Of a DNA stretch of 64,000 nucleotides, positions 54,005 through 64,000 are shown one piece after another. A program made the translations under genes and the position numbers. Numbering within the stretch: position 1 is the stretch's first letter; each line of letters opens with the position of its first letter. The notes below the pieces were generated by a model that saw nothing but the letters and a program-made list of their open reading frames with translations, was not told where the DNA came from and did no database searches. This DNA comes from Lama glama (taxonomy: Eukaryota): contig CM052816.1 in assembly GCA_028534125.1 (NCBI GenBank), positions 66,838,001 through 66,902,000 of the forward strand, given 5' to 3'.

Positions 54005-54245
54005 TAATAACAATAACCAATATTTATTAAATACTGTATAGAGGCATGGTATTAAGAATTTTAACTTAGATTTTTTTTGTTTTTAATTTTTAATATAATC
54101 TTTTCAAGTAGGTACTTGATCATCAATTTTAGAGTTATCGAGGCTCAGGCAATTAGTTCACAGGCACAGAGCTAAGTAAATGGCAGAGTGAGGATTCAAC
54201 TGCAGGTACTGCTTCACTTTGAAGTCCATGCTCTGTACATGGCAT
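54005..54245 (-). mobile_element. MIR SINE
   Basis: 'aatatttattaaatac...ggcatggtattaagaatttt' and 'cacagagctaagtaaatggcagagtgaggattcaac'. Confidence 0.7.
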
Positions 54246-56817
54246 TTACTATGGTTTTATTAAGTGAACTTCTCCAAGGATCTCGAGTTATTATTTTTCC
54301 TCTATTTCAGATAGTCCCAAGAAGGAAAGAAACATTGTAGGAGAGAGTGGTGAAGGCACCATATGGTCCAGCAGGATTCTATGACACTAAACACCTGGAA
54401 ACCTTCCAAACATTTTTATCAATGAATGTGCCACCTATGGCTATTTCTATACATGAGAACAAATATTCACATATACACAGCAGTGAAGCTCATTTATATA
54501 CCTCTTTGGACAACTTGTGTGTTAAGCTATTTATTAACTTTGTATGACTAACTCATGTTTATGTGGGAGGGTTAACATTATTATAATGACAGTTAAGAGC
54601 TACACATTCTCTTAAAGAGATAACAGGGTGCTTTTTAAGACAGGGACACCTAAATAAGGTGCTTGGGACAAAAGCTGGGTCATTAGAAGATCAGATACCA
54701 AGAAGGAGACATAAAGCCTGCTGGGTTAGAAATAAATAGAATTTGGGAGTGAAAAGAAATGGAGAAGAGAAGAGAAGAAAAAGTACACAAGAGCTCAGAG
54801 AACAAGAATACACAAACAACATGGTGGAATGCTGAATGATTTTTGATGACAGGAATAGCTAAGATTGAGTTTTAAGCGACTTTGGTTTGTGGGTCTCAAC
54901 ATCAATCCCTGCGCTTTTCTCCCAGATTTTCAATAGAGTCTGCTGTCTCTGTTTGTTGTGCTTGTGCATGGGTGGGCATGTATGTGAGTGTGTGTCTGTG
55001 TGTGTGTACTAGCAAAAGACTAAGGTGCTAAGTGAGACACTCTCCAAGCTACATTAACTCAGGGGAAGAAAGAACTCAGAACCAGAGATGGTCCTGGTCG
55101 TGGAAGTCCCTGAGAAACCAAAGAGTGGAACAGGAATGAAAATCAATCTACCTTGTCTTCAGGTCAGGGTGACTCCCGCTAGGAGAGTTACAGAGATTCA
55201 TGACAAAGCCAGTAAGCCAAAACAGAACGCAACAATGTCCAGTGTAAGACTTTTGCACAAATGAAAAGAGATAGCTGGAAGAAATGTAACAGATTTTCAT
55301 GAGAATAAAATTTATCTTGCAATCTCATCAGTGTCTTTCAGTATTTAACCTAAAAGTATATGAATTATGAAGGTGAGCAGATTTCTCTGCATGGGGATAC
55401 AGATGAAGACCATCAGGCTGTCAACAGCACAGCATAATAAAACTATAAGTTTTATGCTCTATGTGAGCATATAAATATCATTGATCTGTAGCTGGTTAAC
55501 ATTTTTTTTAAGAGAATGGGAGAGTGGAGCAGGGAGTGAAGCCACTGTGGTCCTGGTTTCACTGACATCTGACTTTATTTTCTACAACCTGGCCTGTTTA
55601 TACCAGTAGTATACCACAGAATAAACACGGGTTGGAAAATTCCCTGAAAGCTGGTAACACCCTGAAAACACTTCTCTCACGATATAGAGTGGCAGTTCTA
55701 TTATAGACATAAGCAGGACTGTGTGCACAGCAAAGTTGTGCCATGTTTGTAATAGCCATACATGACTCTAGTAATACAAAATGGCATGTGGCCGGGGTCC
55801 ACTTTTATCATATCCCCAGCCTTTGGAAATCACTCTGCTCAATAATCTACAAAGGTGCCCACCTCTCATCAAGCATCACTCACTCACTGGGTCCATTCTA
55901 GGACATGTCTAACATGAAGAAAGGTCTACCTTGTGTTATAATGGACTTTTCATAACAGTTCATCTCATGAAGGTGAAAAGAAGTGATTTAATTTGAAAAG
56001 TGTGGAACTTAACAAATATTGTACATGTTCTCAGACTTTGGGGTAATATTTGGGTCTAACTTTTTATGCTAGAGGAATAACAGTTCATTGTCTACAATTT
56101 AGCCATTCCAATTACATTCTATGTGCTTTATTACTGTTCTGGTAGACACCTTGAATTACGTAAAAAGCTCTAAGAATACATTTAGCTGAGAACCATCCAC
56201 GACTCTTTTTCTCAATAATCTAAATATCAAAATTATGACTTAACAGGCACTTCAATATCTTTGTTCTAAACTCTGTCTGAAATTGATGCTCTTTGACCCT
56301 CTTCTTTTTCCCTCTTCTTTTCATCTTTATCTCCTTTTTCATTAGGTATAACAATTCAAACCAGGTAACCGTTGGATTTTATAATGCAGCAACTATAAGA
56401 CAAAAACAAAGTACTTGTTCTTCTCATTTTAAAATTACAAGTATTTTCAGCTCTAATTATCCAAGTCTTTATTTAAAAGCCTATGGCTAGACTAGTCTAT
56501 GACTATTTTAAGCGGTAACATTTTTGTCATCTACCTTTCTTTTTTATCAAAATGAAGCAGAGGGTGCCTGAGGCTTTGGGAATCTCCTTTCTCAATGACA
56601 CACAGGACCTGGTACTCTAATTCTGCAGCCCTCACAAACCCACTGGATCAGAACCCAGGTATAACCTCTCTGCCTTATTTTTAAAATACCACTTTTTCAA
56701 AGGCTGGAACATTTCTACTGAATAAGGTTGTCATTTCAGAACCAAAAGCAGCCTGATGTAGACTCTGAAGTTCTGTGAACAGAGAAGCCTCCCTCTTGGG
56801 TACTCACTGAATGCCCT

Positions 56818-57240
56818 CCCAGAGTTGTGCCAGGGCATATTTCACTACTGGCTCTTTGGAGGGAAAAACAGTCTAACGTGTTGCATGTGCCAGTTTCCAC
56901 GGTGTAGACTGCTGACACAGCTGATTTTAAGCTACTAACATGATGTCACTAAACATGGAACTGGGACAGATGTGCAGTAACATACCACTCTATTTCCCCC
57001 TCACAGACAGAGTAGGTACAAATAACCTCAAAAACATAATAGGACAGTGTAGTTAAAAAAAATTAGAAAGTGATAAGTTTTAGTACTTACTGCCTTTATT
57101 TTTAATATAACTTACTTAATTGTAGGTTTGTATCATTCAGTTTTGAATAATGAAAGTGTTTAAAATCTGGCTCACAAATTTTTACAAAGTTTACAGTTGG
57201 TCCTTGCAAGCTGGGCAAGCCAGGTTCAGCACATCGCTGG
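56818..57240 (+). mobile_element. MER63 (MER63B-like, hAT-Blackjack)
   Basis: 'gccagtttccacggtgta...gctgattttaagctactaacatgatgtcactaaacatggaactggga', 'tggctcacaaatttt' and terminal 'cagcacatcgctgg'. Confidence 0.75.
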
Positions 57241-57309
57241 CTCTCTGCCTCTCTCTCAATGCCTGCTCCTTCCAACACTCAGTGGCTGAAGATGGGAGGG
57301 GGATGAGCA

Positions 57310-57750
57310 AATAAATATTCATTGGACATCTAATGTGTTTGAGGCACTGTACTTAGTTATTCATAGAACTTAACAAAAGTAGATTACTATTCACTACGCA
57401 CTTCCTACAGGTCAGGGCTGGCACTAGGCATTTTTTACATGTTACCTCATTTCCTACTTACATGTATGAAGTGGGTGTTAATATGCATCTTACATGAAGC
57501 AGCTAAGGATCATGGAGGGAAGAAACTCCCCCAAGACTATACCATCTAGTTAGTGTCGATTCATCTAGCAAAGCAGGGTTAGCATTCAAATGTGCTAGAC
57601 GTCACGTTCTCACCTTGTTATTTACCCTCAGTGTAACTTTGTGAGGCAGATTTTATTCCTGCATTTTACAGATGAAATTTAGAAACAATAAAGAATGTTT
57701 TCAAAAGCACAAGGAAGGACTGCCCACTTTCAAAGCCCATCATTTGGCTA
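57310..57750 (-). mobile_element. Cluster of MIR fragments
   Basis: 'ggcactaggcattttttacatgttacctcattt' and 'attttacagatgaaa'. Confidence 0.6.
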
Positions 57751-58164
57751 CTACAATGTATTCCCTACCTCAACCTCAACATGCTCCTTTGGTTGAGGAT
57801 ATAGGTTATTTGATTTACTGAGTTACATAAAGTTTCAGAATTAAGGAGTTACCTTAGCAACAAAAGCATTTGTATATTAAAATAAGTCAAAGGGAGAGGA
57901 CAATGTTCAAGACAAAACAATAGATCTATAACCATAAATGTCAAGTAACAGCTATGAGCCAGGAGAGATCAGAGTTTCAATAGCCTGGGTGTCCTAATAT
58001 TCTTTCAGCAATATTCCTTATTCCACCCATCAAAGAAAGAGGTCACCATGCAAGATTTGAAACAAAGAGTTTAATTTATGGCCTGCCTACACTACTGGTG
58101 CTGTATTTGAGAGTCCTAGCTTTTCTGAGCAAAACCAAACGCTGATGTTTAGTGTGGTGGTTGA

Positions 58165-58320
58165 TGGTATATATGCATCTTATTTGTGCTCACAAGAGGT
58201 CTGCTGAGGAAGTGCTCTTATTAGTCCCATTTTAAAGAGAGGAAACTGAGGCAAAGAGAGTGACCAATTTGCCCAAGGTCCAGGCTAGTAAGTAGTGGAG
58301 GGGGGTTTATCTGCTTGACT
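58165..58320 (-). mobile_element. MIR fragment
   Basis: 'cccattttaaagagaggaaactgaggcaaagagag...ttgcccaaggtc'. Confidence 0.8.
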
Positions 58321-60179
58321 TCCTTCCTTCTTGCTGAAGACAGTCTCCTCAGTATGATAGAGAAGACGGCACCTCAAAGCCCCGTCTTTGTGCCCTCCTA
58401 GTATGTGATTTAAGAGACAAGAACACTCCTACTTCTGGAAGGAAGCTCAATAGTCAGTCTCTCTGACTGCTTGGTTTGAATAGTATGTCTTTTGCTGGAC
58501 CAATCCCAGAATCGAAAGGAATGAAATGGGTCAGGCCTGAGTCACTTCCCTACCTCTGTGGCAAGGCCTGAGAAGTTGGTCATTGGAACAGGTGGGCAAG
58601 AGTAGGCAAAGTAACATTATGTTTAAAAATGGTAATGGAAAGACTTTCTGAGCAGCCCCAAACAATGACTGTCATGGCCCATTATAATAAATTTTATCCT
58701 TTTAATGCCTTCAACATTTTTCATGCCTGGTTGTCTGATTATTGGTCAAGTAAGTTCCCTTACTGGAGACTATCAAGGCTTTTACCAGAGAGAGAATAAA
58801 ATTATTAAAACTGGCATGCTTCATATGAAGACCACTCTATCATTATATAACTCCCTCTGGATTTCCATAATTTGAAGTTGCAAGTAGAGGATTCATTAGT
58901 AAGCTAGACAAACAGGGGGACGCACTTTGCATAATCCCTCTCCTAAAGTACACTTAACGCCTGAGGATAGTGTTTTACCATTATGTGTCCACGCATGGGA
59001 GGGATGACTCTGAAATGAGGAGAGTAGCCTCCAGCTTCTGGATTGAGAGCTTTGAAACAGTCCAAGCACTTTCCACCATGGTGCTTCTCACAGATCCTCT
59101 GAATAGAGACTAGATTAAATTAGAGACTAGGAAGTAGGAAACCCTTTCATAAGGATCCATCAATGCCAAAGAGTGAGACAATGTCTCCTAGAAATAAAAG
59201 TAGGGCCCATAAGAAAATAAGTATATTCAAACTTACATCTGTCACGTGGTAAGATGTAAAATATAGGTATGGACTCTTACCTCATTGATGTAAAGAGAAA
59301 TTAAAGTATATAAACTCGTACCACTCCTTCCACTAGAGGTATAACCACATCTTTCTTACGGTAACCTCAATTGCTTTTTTCCTTACATAGTGATTAGTAG
59401 CTTTCTGATCATAAGGTAGGCAGAGAGTGTGGAAGACAAAACTAGGAAGGAAAACACAGGACAAGAGAACAGTCCTTCACAGTAAACACAGTAAACCCTG
59501 ACACTTGGGACCCCTTCTGTGGTGAAAACTTTGGCTTCCAGTGTCAGTATGTTATAACTCCTTATTTTGCAGACCTCCCAGGGATTAAAGATGGCAGAAA
59601 TAGTGTAATTCACACTTAGCTCAAATAACCTAAAAAAGTATTGTCCTCAAGTTCCACCTGTTCCAGTGTTATTTATTCCTCTTCTTTTGCTTCTGAACTT
59701 GGACAGAAAAGACAGGTTGTATACAGCACGTGGAGGGATTCACACCTTTTAGAAGGAGAGGTCAACATCTCCAGGCATATAGGCCAGATGTGACCACATC
59801 CATCAGGGAAAATGGCAAAGCACACCAAGAGTCGGGATCATTTTTGGTCTGGCCAATTAGATGCATGTGCAGGGCATACTGAAGAACAGTGAGGAAGAGG
59901 CCACATTCCTGAGGTTCCTGTACTTCTTACTCTTGATACAATTATGGAGGGGCTGGGATTTGTTACAACAATATTAGCCAAGGCCCAAGTGACTAGGATC
60001 TAGTTTCATGAGGGTCAAGAGAAGAATAGAGCATGAACATCTATTTTTATCTCAGAAAAGCTCCTTAAAGACAAGAAGATAATTAAGGGGAGATGACATG
60101 GTCCAGTGAAGCCTTCCCCAGTTTGAAAGATCACAAGACTGGTTTCCCTTATCCCCAGCACAACACATGTGCATCACAT

Positions 60180-60246
60180 GTACACACACACATGCGCACG
60201 CGTGCGTGCACACACACACACACACACATACACACACACTCACACT
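60180..60246. repeat. Compound (CA)n/(CG,TG) microsatellite
   Basis: 'tacacacacacatgcgcacgcgtgcgtgcacacacaca...'. Confidence 0.9.
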
Positions 60247-61999
60247 CAGAGGGTAGTTAGAGATCCCCTTGTCTGTCCCAGAAAGGAGAAGCTCTTTTCG
60301 AATTCTTTACTCATATGACTGACACTCAATACAAGTTCACTGCTTGAAAACTTCCCCAAATAAAAACTGAAATTGTCACCAAATTGTTAGAACTGTAGAT
60401 CACATATTCCCCTTCGATGAAAGAATTTTTTTACATAATTAAAATGGAATGAGGACTTTGAAAAGAAAATCTCGTGAAACATAACCTTTTCACAATTACT
60501 GGGCATTCTCATAGGTTTTATTTTCACCAACAAAAGCCTGTATATATAAGCCAAACTGAAATGAGATGAGATTTGGATATGTCTGTGTGGAATGTGTGAA
60601 AGGGGCTGGGCGGGCCTCTAGGGATGGATTTGATGGACTGGGGTAGTCACTGATTCCTTACATAAATCCCTTGGTGCTATTTGAGTTGAGCCAGACTTTC
60701 TTGACTCACAATGATGTTTTCAAGGGAGCTATCATTTTGGTGACAGATTTTAATTTTTCTTTCCATATGGTGAAATTTTGCATGTTAAATGGGCACCAAA
60801 GTCTTCTCCAGATTTTTTCTTAGAGAACTAGGACAAACAAAATGGAAACAGTTCAAGAAAAAATTTTAAAAATACCAAAATAAATACATTTCATGTAGTA
60901 CAATGCAGTGTTAATGAGATTTTTATGGTTCTCATGAGAGTGATTTTTGTACTGAGCAAAAACAGAGATTTACTTTTGTTTAAAACATAAATACTTAACT
61001 TATTAAAGTTTTAGATGAAAAAAATCTAGTTATTTCTTAAGCTTTTACATTTAGCCAAGTGTTATTACTTTATGTCTAGCAAATTAAAGAAAAATCATTT
61101 AGAAGGAGTTCCCATTTAAAAACTTAGTTCAAAAATTTTAAACTACATTATATGTTTCATTTCCTTTTTAAGTGCTTTTTTCTTTGAAATAAAAAAAAAT
61201 TCTCTTGAATATTAATTTTTCTTATAAATCTAACCAACTTAAAAACATTGTGGAACTTAGTAGTTTTATATGTTTCAAAACAGTACATAAATTAAGAAAG
61301 ATTTCTTCTTAAGATCACAAATCTTAATTAGTAACTCAATTATGAGTTTTAATTTTAATTTACAAGGCTGTTGCTATAATGGGCTAAAATTCTTTTTTAA
61401 AGTATTCAAAACTTCTTTGCATTCCAAATACTTACTCATTGTTTTAACACAAAAAAATTTCCAAGTGTAGTCTGGATTCTCTTAAACACTTTAATACTCA
61501 ATCTTAAATCTTCATGTGGTTGAACAATAATTATATGGAAGACAATTAACATCCAAAGTAACAAGGATGAGTTTGAAGCGATTATTTTAGCCAACATCTA
61601 GGGACATCAAGAACAGCTCTTCTCCCTGATCCCAAGGAAACTATGTAATACTAGAAACTGTCTTCTTAGCAATACTTGAAGGAATTAACAACCAGAGCCT
61701 TAGAACTTTTAACAGTCCCTGGAATCTTGTCATCAGCCCTAAACTCTTTGGTATTCACTACGTACTGACTCCATACTTGAAGAGAGTGTAAATAGGACTG
61801 CTACATAGCCCACCTCCCTATATTCAGGTTATAAACATCAATTAATTCTGATATCAATGAAACCATCAATCCAGTTAACTTATGTGTATCTCTTTGGCTA
61901 AGATGACATGTAAATGTTGAATGATGAACACTCTGGAGCTTGATGGGATTCTGAATTCTCATAAGTCAGTTTCTTTAATACTGGCCCATGTGGGCAGTA

Positions 62000-62440
62000 T
62001 TCTCTGCTAACACAAACCTATTCTGATATAATTCTGGGCTTCTCTTTGGCCTTTGGACAAGTCATTTTTACCTGTTAGTGACCTTATTTGGGTCTCTGTG
62101 AAGGAGGCATCACTACTTGTCACCAACCTCACAGCATTATTAGAATTAATAAATAATGTCCCAAACAATTCTTATCCAGAGAATTCCAACCAAGAATAAC
62201 ATACTGGGACCTACGTTAACAAGCCTCTTGTGAGAGGCTCAAGTCTAATGGGAGGGCAGTGGACAGAGTCTGAGTCACTGTTAAGTCACTTATTAGTGAG
62301 TGAACTTGGAAGAGTCCCTTAGTCTCCCTGACTTCTTACCTGGGGATTGCCCCGCCTGCTTCATAGGAATGTTATGAGGATCAGAGAGAGAAACGTTGAG
62401 TGGACTTGTGATGAGCAGAGTGCTCTATGTTTCTATCAGT
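62000..62440 (+). mobile_element. Two decayed MIR fragments
   Basis: 'cctttggacaagtcatttttacctgt' and 'gtgaacttggaagagtcccttagtctccctga...cttcataggaatgttatgaggatcagagaga'. Confidence 0.6.
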
Positions 62441-64000
62441 GGTGCACTTGTGCATCCTGCATCTCTATGCTGACTTCTCAGAGCACTGGTCCCAGTGCTC
62501 CAAAAACGTCTGGGAAAATGTGTTCAAGCCTATGGACTATGGTACCAGAAACATAAATACCATATTAACACATATTACCAGTCTGCGCTTATTTCACTGA
62601 TGTTTCCAAAAGCTCAGTAACAAAGAATTCTAGTACACATATAATCATACCTATGGTTCATATTTGTCTTCCATGCAATAAGACTGAGGCAACCTTACAG
62701 CTCTTAAGCAAATGATGTGAACAAGTGTCTGAGCTAACATCTTGTCTTTGGAAAAAGCATTTCATTTATGCTTATTTTCTATTTTGATCTCTCATTCAAG
62801 TCAAGGTTTCAGAGAAAAGATCAAATGGAAAATGAAAAATACCAACTCAAATTTAATGTAAAGAACTTTTAGTTTCTAGGACCAATTTTTTTAAAAAGAC
62901 TATCTGCACTAAAGAATAACATTGAAGTACTAAAAGACAGGGATGAACAAGAGTAACAAAGGCCAATGGTGAGGAATTTTCAAAGCAAATTTGAAAGGGG
63001 TACAAAAACAGCTGTGTTGAGTGAAAGAGGTCCATGGAGAAGAATCTGGGTGTGCAGCTTGACAGTACTGCTGTCATTATAAAAAAATAAATACAGAATC
63101 TATAACTTCATGAAATGATGTTTGTGTTGGGTTGTATTTCTTTGATGACAGCATCATTTTAATACCCCCTAATGAATCACATTTCCTGAAATAAAATAAT
63201 ACCACAAGTAAAAACCTGATGGCTCATCTTTTGTCATGAGGAGATTTTCAGGTATTCCATCTATGCCCTCGAATTGGTGTGGTCCACATGCTTCACAGTC
63301 CGAAGCGAGTTTAAGAAGACGGGGTAATGAAATTGCTGAATTCCAATTCCCAGCTTTAATACTAATGTTCAAGAGAGTGAACTTGATTTTTACCAAAAAA
63401 TCAGAAAAAAATAGATCATATTCTTATAAAATAAAATGATTGCCTTTTGAATTAACAGATTAAAATCAGCAAGCAAATCAGAATTTTAAAATATGAGTAT
63501 GCAAGTACTCAGAAAGTTTAGGGGACCAATGTTACTGGTTTTCCAGGATTTTTGTAGCAGAAAGTCAGGCATTAAGATGCTGACTAAAAATTTCAATGTA
63601 CTTAAAAGTAACATAACAAGGAGAAATTATTCATTCCTTTAGGCATTATTATTCAGGACTTAGAGTACTATATGTTTTGTCTATTTGGGGTCTTACAACT
63701 CACAACTTACAAGTACACATAAAAACCGATTAAGGCTCCAAAAAATATAAAAACAATAAAAGAATTAGAAGATTAACCCTTTAAGTAAATATTTAAGAAA
63801 CTATAGTTACTTAGCTTGTATAAAAAAAGGACTGTCTTTATTTATTTGAATGAAGAAGAGTGACTAGAGGGTTCCATTTCCTCCAGGTCTGAAAAAGAGG
63901 AAATAAGGAAGAAAGGGAGGTTAGCTATGAGGAACTATCTGCCTCTAAATGTTCTTAAACACCAACTAAGATGACTGCAGGAAGGCATGGGCTAACTTTA

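Noticed and set aside
1..64000. Prokaryotic-type systems (operons, CRISPR, defence islands)
   Set aside because: The sequence is mammalian repeat-rich non-coding DNA, with no long ORFs or repeat-spacer arrays.

Overview
AT-rich, CpG-depleted eutherian mammal genomic DNA that reads as intergenic or intronic. I cannot support any protein-coding gene, rRNA, tRNA or CRISPR array. The ORF-track entries are short chance ORFs or decayed transposon frames. The window is dominated by ancient interspersed repeats, several nested in one another: L2, MIR/MIR3, L1M, MaLR MLT1, ERVL MLT2, ERV1-type LTRs, and hAT (MER33, MER5, MER63) and Tigger (MER82, MER8-like) DNA transposon fossils. It also has a few microsatellites. 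One younger L1 3' end (32762-33040) resembles cetartiodactyl L1s, and I saw no Alu, Bov-A/BovB, PRE-1 or Can-SINE, which tentatively suggests a non-ruminant, non-pig cetartiodactyl. Repeat names come from my recollection of consensus sequences, and boundaries are approximate unless a TSD or TIR is cited. I did not find a convincing novel biological system. The best leads are weak: a few exon-like segments with canonical splice sites (possible lncRNA or micropeptide) and some candidate regulatory motifs.
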